A stretch of DNA of 64,000 nt from Kiritimatiellia bacterium (GCA_040767085.1 JAXGPF010000004.1:313918-377917), one strand, 5' to 3'. Shown: positions 37,773-48,279, counted from the first letter of the stretch. Notes: generated by a model not told the origin, from the sequence alone. Translations and numbers: made by a program.

Positions 37773-40700
37773 ATGAATAATACGTTTCTGCTTATGGCGC
37801 CAAGGCAATGTTTTCGTTTTTTGCTGGTTATGCTTGCATTGTGGTCCGGTGTTTATACCGCCAACACAGCGGAGTTGCCGCCATTAAATATCCCGGTCTC
37901 CGCCAAACCGCCGCTATTGGACGGCAATCTTGACGATCCGGCCTGGCAGTCGGCCGCAACAATAGAAAATCTTTTTCAACTCAACAGCGACACCCCGGCG
38001 CCGGAAACGACGCTTTGGCTGATGCGCGACAATGCCTGGCTCTATATCGCCGCGCATTGCCGCAACCCGAACATGGAACATGTGACGCAACTGGCGCGCG
38101 ACCATGATGGCGGAGTCATCACGGATGATTCGCTGGAGATATTTCTGCGGCCCATGCCGGATGAGGAAGCGTTTTACTATTATTTCGCGCTGAACTTCGC
38201 CAATGTCGGACGCGACCAACGTTGCACCAAAGCAGGCTTGCGTGAAGTCGCATGGAATCCCTACTGGCGATCAGTCACGCAACGGCGGGCAGATGGGTGG
38301 ACGGCGGAAATCGCCATTCCGCTCTATTGCCTGGGAACGGACGACTTAAGCGGCTGTTCCATCAATATTTGCCGGAACATGATGGAAGTAGAACTTGATG
38401 TTTACGGCGCCAGGCAAAACGAGACACGCCGCTCCAGCACGCTTCGACCGGGTAACAGCGGCGGATTTCATAACTTTGCCAATTTCCGGACGCTTGCCGG
38501 ATTGGGTGGATTCAAGCCAGCCGTCCCGTTCGCCCCGCATATCGCCATGGCAACCATTGCCGGCGTCCGCCAAGTCAACGGCGGAAATATTTACGAATTG
38601 GAACTGACGTTGGAACTGGTTACATCCGCGGCCGGCCCGGCGCAAATCAAGGTGTTGGAGGACTTTGGCGAAGGCGAAACAGTAACAGCGTCGCAAACCT
38701 TGGAACTGAAAGGCTTGGAGAAGCTAACGCTCCAGGTTCCGGCCGGCGACTTGCGCGAACGCAAAATCAAGGTCGCACTGACCGACCCGGCCGACGGCAA
38801 TCTGCTGGCCGCGCGCATCCTGACCGACACCTCCGCCTTGAATATCATTCGTAACGCCTTTGCCGGACGCAGCTATTACACATCGGAGGATATGGCCGAG
38901 ATTCGGGTGGAGCTGGGGCTGCCGAAAAATATGCTGAAGAAAGCCGTGTTGGTCATTGAGGTGGCCGGGAAGAAAGCTGTGGAAATGTCGGACTTGCAGC
39001 CGGTGATGACTCCCGGCGTGCCGGTGGCCAATCTGACGCCTGGCGATAATGCCGCAACGGTGCAGGTGCTTGTGGATGGCCGGATATTGGCAAAAAACAC
39101 CTTGAATATCATCCGGCTTGAACCGCGGCCGGGGTATGAAACTCAGGCGGATTTCATCAAAGGCGTGCTGTTGAAGGATAAGCAGCCGCTCTTCCCAGTC
39201 GGCATTGCGTCGCACCCCCTGCAAATGCGATTAGGGATGCGGGATTGCCAGGAAAATGATGAGACGTTGTTCAAATATCTGGCGGAGGATATCGGCTTCA
39301 ATTTCATTACCCGCGACCAAACAGCAAAAAATACGGCAGCGTTCATGGAACTGGCCGAAAAATACGGGCTTTATGTGATGAACGCCACGGCGCGGGTACC
39401 CCCGCCCATTGGATGGGTGCGCGGCACCTGGCCGCCGCCGCCGGTTACCTTGCCTTTTGCGGAACGCCTGGCGCATCAGCGGGCATGGTATGACGAACTG
39501 GAGCCCGGGTTTATAGCCGACGCGAAAATTATGCGCGATTACAGTAACCTGATTATTTATTATAATGGCGATGAGCCGAACCTGGTGAATCCGGATGAAC
39601 GGATTGCCGTGGTGGAATGGTATTGGAAAGCCGTGCGCCCGCTGGACCCCTATCGCCCCATGACAATTGCATACTCCAAGTATGTTCCGCATGGCGACAA
39701 CTGGACGCGCTGGACGGATATGCTGGCGTATGACGTTTATCCGCGCGCGTATCTCAGTGAACCGGGATTATTGACCGCCTTCTATGCCTACGATTTGCGG
39801 GAACGCTGCCGGCGCGACAACAAGATCATGTGGTTCATTCCGCTGGCCAATATGCTGGATACCGGCCGCTCGCCCATAGGCTTAAGTAAAACCCATATGC
39901 TTTGCCAGGCCTATACCGCCATCATATACGGCGCGCGCGGATTGTGGTATTTTGCGCTGGGCAATGTTGTCGGACCGGAGGCATGGGACGCCCTGCGCGT
40001 CATCGCCGCGCAGGTTAAAGAAATGACGCCGGCGCTGGTCAACGGCGACATCCCCCAGGAAATCAACTATACGCCCGATGATTTCAGGCCGGCGGAAAGG
40101 ATATTCCCCGGGATTAATACCGCCGTGTTCCGGTATCCCAATGGCGATTATCTATTGATGGCCGTCAACATCAAATCCCACGCGGTGGATGCGAGATTCC
40201 AGGTGGGCGGGATGGAATGCGCGGCGCGGATGTTTGCAAGCGAGGGGCAAAGGGACAAAAAAACAGCGGCACAAAGGAAATTGGAGTTGGATGGAGAGGC
40301 GTTTGCCGACAAAATCGAGCCTTATGGCGTACGCGCCTGGCGCTTGCAACTGGCCGGATCTCCAACGCCCGTGCAAGTGGCGGTGGAAATGACGGATCGT
40401 CCCGAAGAATCCGCGCCAACGATTGATATCCAGGGTATTGTGCGCCAGGTGATGACTAGCAAAAACCATATGCCGAATCCATGCTTTACGCGGCAAACCA
40501 ATAAGAACGTTCCTGATTTTTATCGCCCGTTTTTCTGCCTGAGCGTTGACCCTTTTTGGGGGCAGAAAGGCAAAAGCGATTGGTTTTTAGACGACGCAAC
40601 TTTATGGAACGGACATCCGTCTTTAAGGATGTTTAAAAGGCCATACCTGGATGGCGGTTACAAGACTCGTTCTCTCTTCGCCGCCGCGTATCCGTCAATT

Positions 40701-41006
40701 TCCAGCAAGCCCGTCAAATTAACTTTTTCGCTTTACGCCAAAAGCGATCATCCAGCCTCCGGTCTGTCGCTTCGAATCAACGGCCTGGGCGGTAAAACCG
40801 CAACCTTCAAGAATTTAAGCGCGGACTGGCGGCGTTATCACACCACTTTTGAACTGCCGGCGGGCAATCGCAGCAATTTTGGACATGTCGAGGTTTTAAT
40901 TTCCCCATCCGAAAACGCAGTCGTGTGGATCAACGGCCTGCAAATGGAAGCCGGCGAGCAACCGACGGAATTCCAGGATGATTCCATGCTTGTAAAAAAA
41001 AAGTAG
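37773..41006 (+). CDS. Large secreted protein: CBM9-like domain, putative glycoside hydrolase barrel, C-terminal CBM-like domain
   Basis: PLLDGNLDDPAW, DDSLEIF, WTAEIAIP (CBM9-like); DEP, LDPYRP, DVYP, AIIYGARG (GH-A-like); QMEAGEQPTEF. AGGAG RBS. Confidence 0.75.
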   Translation: MNNTFLLMAPRQCFRFLLVMLALWSGVYTANTAELPPLNIPVSAKPPLLDGNLDDPAWQSAATIENLFQLNSDTPAPETTLWLMRDNAWLYIAAHCRNPNMEHVTQLARDHDGGVITDDSLEIFLRPMPDEEAFYYYFALNFANVGRDQRCTKAGLREVAWNPYWRSVTQRRADGWTAEIAIPLYCLGTDDLSGCSINICRNMMEVELDVYGARQNETRRSSTLRPGNSGGFHNFANFRTLAGLGGFKPAVPFAPHIAMATIAGVRQVNGGNIYELELTLELVTSAAGPAQIKVLEDFGEGETVTASQTLELKGLEKLTLQVPAGDLRERKIKVALTDPADGNLLAARILTDTSALNIIRNAFAGRSYYTSEDMAEIRVELGLPKNMLKKAVLVIEVAGKKAVEMSDLQPVMTPGVPVANLTPGDNAATVQVLVDGRILAKNTLNIIRLEPRPGYETQADFIKGVLLKDKQPLFPVGIASHPLQMRLGMRDCQENDETLFKYLAEDIGFNFITRDQTAKNTAAFMELAEKYGLYVMNATARVPPPIGWVRGTWPPPPVTLPFAERLAHQRAWYDELEPGFIADAKIMRDYSNLIIYYNGDEPNLVNPDERIAVVEWYWKAVRPLDPYRPMTIAYSKYVPHGDNWTRWTDMLAYDVYPRAYLSEPGLLTAFYAYDLRERCRRDNKIMWFIPLANMLDTGRSPIGLSKTHMLCQAYTAIIYGARGLWYFALGNVVGPEAWDALRVIAAQVKEMTPALVNGDIPQEINYTPDDFRPAERIFPGINTAVFRYPNGDYLLMAVNIKSHAVDARFQVGGMECAARMFASEGQRDKKTAAQRKLELDGEAFADKIEPYGVRAWRLQLAGSPTPVQVAVEMTDRPEESAPTIDIQGIVRQVMTSKNHMPNPCFTRQTNKNVPDFYRPFFCLSVDPFWGQKGKSDWFLDDATLWNGHPSLRMFKRPYLDGGYKTRSLFAAAYPSISSKPVKLTFSLYAKSDHPASGLSLRINGLGGKTATFKNLSADWRRYHTTFELPAGNRSNFGHVEVLISPSENAVVWINGLQMEAGEQPTEFQDDSMLVKKK

Positions 41007-41767
41007 TCGCTGACGATCCCGGCAACCTGCTGCGTAACGCCGGCGCGGAATATGGCGCGGCGGACGGCTGGCAGGGCCTGGAAAACAAGGCGCGCGGCGA
41101 ATTCGGCATCCGGCGGGGCATGGCACACAGCGGCGACTACGCCTTTTGCTGGCGCGGTCAGTCATCTGAAATCAAATCGGGTTGGATCAAAATTGATCCA
41201 ACCCGGAGTTATGAACTGAGCGGATGGTTTAAAACACAGGATGGCGAACAGCCAAATATAACCTTGGGGATTGTGATGGCGGACGAACAGGAGCGGCAGA
41301 TCAAGCATTGGAATCTATTTTCCGTCCCTGGTACCCGCACGGAACTGGCCCTACCCTGTCGAACCGGCGACCGGTTGCTTTATCTCAAAGACGCCGCCGG
41401 CTGGAAAACCGGAGCCGGCTTTGCCGCGGCATTCGGAGTGGAGGAAAACAATCTGTCATTTCAGGTCACGCCTTTGGGCATAGAGTCGGTCCGCCGGATG
41501 GACGATCACTGGGTGGTGGCCTTGAAAGATTCCTGCGGAGTGGACTTGCCGGCCGGCGCGGCGGTGGTGGAAAACCGTTCCGGCAATCACGGAATATTTG
41601 TCGTCCTCCGCCGGAAGGTACCGGATGAATGGATGGAACTAAAAGGTGTCATTACTCCAAAACAATGGTGGCCGGGCGCGGCTTTCGCAAGAGTGGTGGT
41701 TTTACCCAGGCGTGCCGCTGACACGACGCTCCTGCTAGACGATCTGGCCTTGCGCGAAATACAATAA
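41003..41767 (+). CDS. CBM-like domain, probably the -1 frame continuation of the upstream gene
   Basis: Frame is open from 40982: VVADDPGNLLRNAGAE...AHSGDYAF...YELSGWFK...LLLDDLALRE. Begins at an A9 run; first ATG (41120) is inside the domain. Confidence 0.65.
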   Translation, partial: VVADDPGNLLRNAGAEYGAADGWQGLENKARGEFGIRRGMAHSGDYAFCWRGQSSEIKSGWIKIDPTRSYELSGWFKTQDGEQPNITLGIVMADEQERQIKHWNLFSVPGTRTELALPCRTGDRLLYLKDAAGWKTGAGFAAAFGVEENNLSFQVTPLGIESVRRMDDHWVVALKDSCGVDLPAGAAVVENRSGNHGIFVVLRRKVPDEWMELKGVITPKQWWPGAAFARVVVLPRRAADTTLLLDDLALREIQ

Positions 41768-41860
41768 TTTCAAATAATTTGGCACGTTGTCGCTGCCGGA
41801 AGTTCGATAGCGGAACCAGATTACCATAGCCGATCAACTGAATCGCGGGAGCTGACGCGA

Positions 41861-43189
41861 ATGAATGATGTTTATTTCAACATAGGATGCGCGGAACGGG
41901 TAATTACGCCCGACCTTGGCGCCGCGATGGCCGGTTATTTCTTTGCCCGAAAATCCGCCGGGGTAAGAGACGATATTTTCGCGCGCGCTTTTGCCCTGGG
42001 CGACGGGCCAAGTACGCTTGTGTTAGTCTCGTGCGACCTCGCCGTCATCACCGCGCAGATTGCCGCTCCAGTCAAAAATAAAGTAATGGAACGGCACGGC
42101 ATTCCACCCCATCAAATTTGTATTTCCGCCACGCACACCCACACCGCCCCGGAAATAAGATCCGTAAACACGTCCCATCCATATGATCCGGCTTATAACG
42201 ACCGCCTGATTTCCGTAACTGCCGACGTGATATCGGCGGCGCTGGCGAACCGTTTCGAGGCGCGGATGCACTATGGGCGCACCGAAGTCGAAGGTCTATC
42301 GTTCAACCGCATTTACCGCCTTAAAGACGGCTCGGAAATATTCGGGCGCGGTAAATCGCAGGAAAATGCAATCATCGGTTTTGCCGGCCCGCTGGATACC
42401 TCGCTGCAGACCTTGTGCTTTCGAGATCGCGGGGGGCGTGTGCGAGCGATGATGGTGAATTTTGCCTGTCATCCGGATACACATCCGGATGATCACGGCG
42501 CCAAACAGGAAAATCTTATTTCGGCCGACTGGCCGGGCGAAATGATAAAATCGTTGCGCGCTGTTTACGGTCAGGAATTGCATGTAATTTTCCTGCAGGG
42601 ATGCAGCGGCGATATAAACCATGTAAATTATGATTGCGCCTGGCAAAAAGCGAGCGGCGAGCACAAGACTTTGCAGTTGGGGCGCGGCATTGCCGGGGCG
42701 GCCATGCTGGCGGCGGAATGCGCCGACCCCGTCGCGGCCGATCCGCTGTGCGCCGTCATGCAGACCTTGTCCATTCCTTATTACACACGGGACAAGGCAA
42801 TTATGGAACACATGGAATTATTGCGCGCGAAAGCTCCCCGCAGCCGCAAGGATGATATTTTCATGCGCCGGATCGAAGAATGGCCGTATGACGGATTGAA
42901 CGCGGATGTGCCGATACAGGCCATGCGCCTGGGCGATGTCGGCATGGTGGGATTGCCCGCGGAAATCTTCAACGGGATCGGAATGGAAATCAAACACTAC
43001 GCGCCGGCGGCTAAAACTCTTGTGGTCGAACTGGCAAACACCTGGGCAACGCCTTATGTCCCGACCACTGACCAGGCGGAACGCGGCGGATACGGCGCAT
43101 TGCCCATATTGTCGCGCCATCTCTGCGCCGATGCCGGACGGCGGATGAGCGAATGCGCCATCGCCTTGTTGCATGACCTGTGGAATTAA
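41861..43189 (+). CDS. Neutral/alkaline ceramidase-like hydrolase
   Basis: ITP...MAGY...DDIFARA, SATHTHTAP, FNR, NFACHPD, ISADWPG, QGCSGDINH, GLPAEIF, ELAN, YVPT. Confidence 0.8.
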   Translation: MNDVYFNIGCAERVITPDLGAAMAGYFFARKSAGVRDDIFARAFALGDGPSTLVLVSCDLAVITAQIAAPVKNKVMERHGIPPHQICISATHTHTAPEIRSVNTSHPYDPAYNDRLISVTADVISAALANRFEARMHYGRTEVEGLSFNRIYRLKDGSEIFGRGKSQENAIIGFAGPLDTSLQTLCFRDRGGRVRAMMVNFACHPDTHPDDHGAKQENLISADWPGEMIKSLRAVYGQELHVIFLQGCSGDINHVNYDCAWQKASGEHKTLQLGRGIAGAAMLAAECADPVAADPLCAVMQTLSIPYYTRDKAIMEHMELLRAKAPRSRKDDIFMRRIEEWPYDGLNADVPIQAMRLGDVGMVGLPAEIFNGIGMEIKHYAPAAKTLVVELANTWATPYVPTTDQAERGGYGALPILSRHLCADAGRRMSECAIALLHDLWN

Positions 43190-43275
43190 CGGCCTGCAAC
43201 CCAATGCCGGATATGCCGGCCGGATAATCTCCTGGACAATCTAATGAGAATCCGGTTAAAAACTAAAGGAACGGC

Positions 43276-44034
43276 ATGGCAAACAAAATACGCACACGTA
43301 AATATGAAGAAATGTTTCCGGATGAGGTCTTTGAAGAATTGTCGGTGAACCCGATCATATATCTGGCATTTGGCGGCTTGGAATCGCATGGACCGCATAA
43401 CCCGATGGGCATTGATATGCTGCCTTTTTACGGCATTGCCCAAAAAGCAGCAGAGCAGACTGGAGGCGTTGTGCATCCGCCGGTTTATATGGCGGTCCCC
43501 GGGAATCCGCGGTTGAGTTCCGCCCAGATACGCGCCAGGAATTTTCTCTATCCTCCCAGCATGTGGCATGGCTCCGAAATTATGGAGGCGTGGCTGGATG
43601 AAACGCTTTGGATGTTCAATTCCATTGGTTTTAAAATTTGTGTGCTGCTGCCCGGCCATGCGCCGAATGGCGCGCTGGCAGAGGAATTATCCAATAATCT
43701 TGATCACCATTCGGGTGATATGCGGATTATAGTGATGCGGGGCGTGCGGTTGATTAAGCCTGCCGGATTCACTCAAGAAGAAATAGGCCATGGCGCCATG
43801 ATGGAGTCCGCCTGGCTGGAAGCGCTGTTGCCGGGAATGGTTGATCTGGCGCGGATTAAACAGGCCATAGCAAAGGGGCCGGATGCCGAAGCTTTGGACC
43901 GGCGTTATCAATGGAAGTCTGCCAAAGCTCAGTCTTATGATAATATCGCCGTGGAAAAAGGGCAAAAATTCGTGGAACTGGCCGTGGACTGGATTGTGCG
44001 CGAAGTCGCGCTTTTAAGAACGTGCAACGCATGA
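43276..44034 (+). CDS. Creatininase family protein
   Basis: GGLESHGPHNPMGID, GH, HGAMMES. Confidence 0.85.
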   Translation: MANKIRTRKYEEMFPDEVFEELSVNPIIYLAFGGLESHGPHNPMGIDMLPFYGIAQKAAEQTGGVVHPPVYMAVPGNPRLSSAQIRARNFLYPPSMWHGSEIMEAWLDETLWMFNSIGFKICVLLPGHAPNGALAEELSNNLDHHSGDMRIIVMRGVRLIKPAGFTQEEIGHGAMMESAWLEALLPGMVDLARIKQAIAKGPDAEALDRRYQWKSAKAQSYDNIAVEKGQKFVELAVDWIVREVALLRTCNA

Positions 44035-44157
44035 ACGTTACGGCATCCCGCTTTTCATGTTTGGCGGGCGAGCCTCTCTCCGTGCCCGGGGCAAGTCGGT
44101 GCGGAACGACGGCATGCTGACGAATTACATCTGGGTAAATATCAAATTCGGAATATC

Positions 44158-45198
44158 ATGAAAGCTGTTATTACTAATGGTCAAGGCGAAGCGCGTTTGA
44201 TAGATTTGCCGCTTCCGGAGCCGACAGCGCATCAATGTCTCTGCCGGATGGAAGCCTGCGCCACCTGTACCGGCACGGACCTCAAAATTGTTGCCGGGAA
44301 AATCGGTCCGCCGGCGCAATATCCCGGCATTTTGGGGCATGAAAGCGTGGGGACAGTCGTGCAATGCGGGAAAAAGGCGCGCAATATAAAATGCGGCGAC
44401 CGGTTTTTACGTCCGGCCGCGGCATATCTAGCCACGCAACTTGACGGGTATTGGGGGCGGATGGGCGGGTTCGCGGAGTATGGCCTGGTGACTGACGTCA
44501 AGGCCATGCTGGAAGATTGCCCATCCGCGAAGGTGAATGCCTATTCCCAATATCAGCAGTTTATACCGCCTGATATTACTATTGCGCCGGCGGATGCGAC
44601 CATGCTGATTACACTGAAGGAAGTCGGCAGTTATGTTCGCGATATTGGCGTGTGGTTCGGCTCCAAAGTGATGGTCCTGGGAACGGGATCGGTTGCCATG
44701 GCCATGTGTTTTTTCGCCAAGCTGGCCGGCGCGTATCCGGTCATGGTCGCGGGACGGCGGTCTGAAATGATCGAACGCTGCCGGACAACCGGCGCGGATT
44801 ACGGCGTGGACACCCGATCCGCCGACATGGTTGATCGTGTCCGGGAATGGACGGACGGGGGCGGAGTTGATTTCATCATCGATTCGACCGGTGATGCCGA
44901 GTTGATAGAAGAATCCGGCCTGCTGCTTGTGAAAAATGGCGCCATCGCGACATATGCCTCGGTCACCGCACCGCGGCCGCTTGCGCTGGAGAAAATCAGA
45001 GGCATCCAACGCCGGAAAATAATACAATCCGGCCCCGACGAAACTTCGATGCACCAGTTTATGCTGGATTTGACGCGTTTGGGTTGTTTGCCGTTTGGCC
45101 GATTCTATTCGCACGTCATGCCTTTGAATGATTTTGAAAAGGGCTTTAAAATGCTGGTCGACAAGACGGCCTTTAAAATTGTTTTTGCCATGGAATAA
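44158..45198 (+). CDS. Zinc-binding alcohol dehydrogenase (MDR family)
   Basis: CTGTD, LGHESVG, GGFAEY, GTGSVA Rossmann motif, DSTG. Confidence 0.88.
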   Translation: MKAVITNGQGEARLIDLPLPEPTAHQCLCRMEACATCTGTDLKIVAGKIGPPAQYPGILGHESVGTVVQCGKKARNIKCGDRFLRPAAAYLATQLDGYWGRMGGFAEYGLVTDVKAMLEDCPSAKVNAYSQYQQFIPPDITIAPADATMLITLKEVGSYVRDIGVWFGSKVMVLGTGSVAMAMCFFAKLAGAYPVMVAGRRSEMIERCRTTGADYGVDTRSADMVDRVREWTDGGGVDFIIDSTGDAELIEESGLLLVKNGAIATYASVTAPRPLALEKIRGIQRRKIIQSGPDETSMHQFMLDLTRLGCLPFGRFYSHVMPLNDFEKGFKMLVDKTAFKIVFAME

Positions 45199-45311
45199 GG
45201 GTTTTATCGGTCATGCTGCAGAACGTCGCAAAATCGTTATAAATCGCCGATATGGCGCAATTATCAAGATGGTTGCATAAAGCGCCATTGAACAACCGGA
45301 GCGTAATATCC

Positions 45312-46112
45312 ATGTTGAACATGAAACTCAAAACGTTAGATGAACATCGGGAATATGTGGAAAAAATGGCGCGCCTGTCGTTTTATTTTGCGCGCCGGCT
45401 GAAGGATAAAATGCCGGAAAGCACGGTGGGCGAATTGTTGAGCATCCGCACACCCCTGTTTTATCACACCCTGAATTACCGGGATTACCAGACCAAGTGG
45501 GACAACCCGGATTGCCGGCCGATTGTCGCCCGCGCGAATGAATTTGGCGGTCTGCCGCCGGATGAATTCGAGGAACGGATGTTTGACTATATCCGCGAGC
45601 TCGCCCTGGCGCGCGCGGATGAATTTTACCCCAAAAGCGTCGGCATGCCCGGTTACCTGCCGCCGGAGTGGAACGTGCGCAGCCTGAAATACGATCCGCC
45701 GAAGCCCAACTTGCAGCCGAACTGGTGCTGCTTCCATATCGCCAACGCGCTGTCGCCCCGCTCGATTTACGATGATCCGCGCCATTTGCCGGAATGCTTC
45801 CTGGAACTGATGGAGCGCAGCGCCAGGGAATACGGCTATGACACGCTATACACCGGCACCTGGCTGAACGATCATCCGCGCTGGCTGGCATTGTTCCCGG
45901 AGGAATGGCACAAAAACCTTTCCGAGCGCAAGGATATTACCGGCTGGAATTTCGGCAACTGGGGGCAGTTGGTGACGGCCCGGGGGACGTTCAACGACCG
46001 GGCCGGCCAGTACGCGCGCGAGCATGTGACCCTGAAATACAAGGCGCGCAGTTCGCATTGCGCATTCGACGCCATGCGCCGGCACTTGCGCCAACTGATG
46101 GCTTCACTTTGA
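45312..46112 (+). CDS. Hypothetical protein
   Basis: Open frame with host-like codon usage and GGAG upstream; no family recognised. Confidence 0.65.
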   Translation: MLNMKLKTLDEHREYVEKMARLSFYFARRLKDKMPESTVGELLSIRTPLFYHTLNYRDYQTKWDNPDCRPIVARANEFGGLPPDEFEERMFDYIRELALARADEFYPKSVGMPGYLPPEWNVRSLKYDPPKPNLQPNWCCFHIANALSPRSIYDDPRHLPECFLELMERSAREYGYDTLYTGTWLNDHPRWLALFPEEWHKNLSERKDITGWNFGNWGQLVTARGTFNDRAGQYAREHVTLKYKARSSHCAFDAMRRHLRQLMASL

Positions 46113-46249
46113 TGTTGCGCGGAACGCAGATATTATTTCACCCCGCGTGATCACAACGAGCGCGCGCCTCCCACCAGGGCGCCAAGTTCGCCAAGGCCGG
46201 CCGGGGCGCCAATTTGCCAGTGTTTTAATTTTTTGTGTTTAATTTTTTG

Positions 46250-46294
46250 TTGACAACCGCCCATCCTGCAAATATATTCAACTATATTGAATAT
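46250..46294 (+). promoter_or_regulatory. Sigma70 promoter with overlapping palindromic operator
   Basis: TTGACA(46250)-N17-TATATT(46273); perfect inverted repeat ATATTCAA-N5-TTGAATAT at 46274-46294, just upstream of the IclR gene. Confidence 0.7.
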
Positions 46295-46311
46295 TTATTT
46301 GTTTTTTTCAT

Positions 46312-47121
46312 ATGCAGGCAGGCATTAAAAATGCCGATAAAGGCCGGCCCGACCGCACGCTGCAGTCGGTATTGCGCGGGTTTCAAGTCCTGGAGATCGT
46401 GGCGTCGGCGCATGAAGGCGCGCCCTTGAAGGATATCGCCGCGCAGATGGGGTTGAAGCCCCCTACCGCCCATATTCTCCTCAACACCCTGCTGGCGGGC
46501 GGCTACCTCGCGCGCCGGCCGGGGGACCTGCGCTACCGGCTGGGGGAAGCCGCCTTCCGCCTGACCGACCGCTACCTGGAAAACACCCTGCGACAGGGCG
46601 CCGAACAGGCGGTCCGCGAGGTTGCCGCGCAAATGCCGAAGGCCACGGTAATCTTTGTCGAACCCCGCGATTATGATTTTTATGTTCTGTTTCGGATGTC
46701 GCCCGACCGCCCCGGTATTATCCAGATGCCGCGCGAGCGCCGCATGGCGCCCTACCAGAGCGCTACCGCCCTGGCCTGCCTGGCCTTCTCGGCGCCCGAT
46801 GAACGTATGGCGTTTCGTCAGCGCCACGATTTTTTTGAAGAGGGCAAAGCCACATGGGGCAGCGAGAAAAAACTTGAGGCTTTTTTGCGCAAAGCGCGCC
46901 GCGCGGATTATGTCCTGCTGAATTTCACCAGTAGCGGCGTGCGCGCCACCGCCGCGCCAATCTTCAATCGCCGCGGTCAGCTGGCGGCCGCGCTGGGCGC
47001 CAGCATGCCGCCGGAAGATTTCCAGGTCCTGGAAAGCAAAATCATCAAAATTGTCACGGACGCGGCGCACAGGTTGTCGGCGCCGGGCCAGGATGCGCAA
47101 TCAGCAGGGGGAACGACATGA
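46312..47121 (+). CDS. IclR family transcriptional regulator
   Basis: LQSVLRGFQVLE...LKDIAAQMGLKPPTAHILLNTL...YRLG; AAPIFN...AALG. Confidence 0.9.
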   Translation: MQAGIKNADKGRPDRTLQSVLRGFQVLEIVASAHEGAPLKDIAAQMGLKPPTAHILLNTLLAGGYLARRPGDLRYRLGEAAFRLTDRYLENTLRQGAEQAVREVAAQMPKATVIFVEPRDYDFYVLFRMSPDRPGIIQMPRERRMAPYQSATALACLAFSAPDERMAFRQRHDFFEEGKATWGSEKKLEAFLRKARRADYVLLNFTSSGVRATAAPIFNRRGQLAAALGASMPPEDFQVLESKIIKIVTDAAHRLSAPGQDAQSAGGTT

Positions 47122-47873
47122 CAGCTTCGCAAAAATACGGAACGATCATCACCGGCATCATGAACGACATCCTGGAGCAGGAAGCCGCCAGCATTGACGC
47201 GGCCGCCGAACTCCTCGCCGCCTGCTATGCCGAGGACCGCCTGATCCACGTGTTCGGCGCGGGCGGCCATTCCGCCATCGGCGCCATGGAAATCTTCTGG
47301 CGCGCGGGCGGGTTGACCAAAATCAACGCCATGTTCCCGGTCGGCACCAACATCATCACCGCCGGCCCGACCACCGCCAAGGTTACGGGACTGGCGCCGT
47401 TCATCCTGAATTACTACGAAGTCAAGCCGGGCGACCCGCTGATTCTGGTCAATTTTTACGGGCTGAACCCGGTCGCGGTGGACGTCGCGATCGCGGCACA
47501 TGAGCGCGGCGTCAAACTCGTCACCGTCAATTCGCATAAATTCGCCGCCAAGGTCCCGGAAGATTTCAAGTGGCGCCATCCCACCAAGAAGAACATCCAT
47601 GATTTTGCCGATGTGGCGGTGGACAACCATGTCCCCTACCCCGACGCCGTCCTGCAGGTCCCGGGCGTGCCGGAACCGATCACGCCCACGGCCACCATCG
47701 CCACCTGTTTCACCTTGAATTGCATCATGACCGAAACCATCGCCAAACTGCCCGGCAAAAATGTTAAACCGGAAATATGGATCAGCAACAACATCCCCGG
47801 CTGCGACGAACACAATCAACCCCTGGTTGAAAAATACCGGCATCGCATCCACCACCTCTACCCGGTAGTGTAA
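47118..47873 (+). CDS. SIS (sugar isomerase) domain protein
   Basis: IHVFGAGGHS, EIFWRAGGL, GLNPVAVD, RHP, DNHVPYPDA. Confidence 0.85.
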   Translation: MTASQKYGTIITGIMNDILEQEAASIDAAAELLAACYAEDRLIHVFGAGGHSAIGAMEIFWRAGGLTKINAMFPVGTNIITAGPTTAKVTGLAPFILNYYEVKPGDPLILVNFYGLNPVAVDVAIAAHERGVKLVTVNSHKFAAKVPEDFKWRHPTKKNIHDFADVAVDNHVPYPDAVLQVPGVPEPITPTATIATCFTLNCIMTETIAKLPGKNVKPEIWISNNIPGCDEHNQPLVEKYRHRIHHLYPVV

Positions 47874-48131
47874 CAAAAGGAGCAAAGGAGCAAAGCCAGG
47901 TAGTCACAAAGTCAGATATCAGCGGAGTTCCGGAATTCCGCGGCCCCGTGAAGAATGAAGCGGATTAGCCCTTCCATTTGGAACGGCCTGTAATGTAAGG
48001 GGAAATGGGGCCGAGAAAGCCAAATACGGGGGGAAGACATTTTGCAAGATTGTGCTGTAATGGGCAGGTTGACACAGGCGTCTGCCATGCCACCGTGGTT
48101 TGAATTCGGGTGCCCGTAGTCCGCGGAGGGA

Positions 48132-48279
48132 TTCGAAAAGGCAAGGTAAGCTTGCCCCAGATGCGGGCGCGCCGGGAGCGGGGCTAACCTTGCGGTTGCC
48201 CCGCTGCCGGGAAGCCCGCCCGAAGGACCGCCCGTCGGCGGGCGGCAGATGGGGCAAGATCGCCGCCGCCCTTTTCGAA
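48132..48279. mobile_element. MITE-like element with 10-bp terminal inverted repeats and nested stems
   Basis: TTCGAAAAGG...CCTTTTCGAA ends; inner cttgcccca/tggggcaag, gcgggc/gcccgc, agcggggc/gccccgct. Confidence 0.55.
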
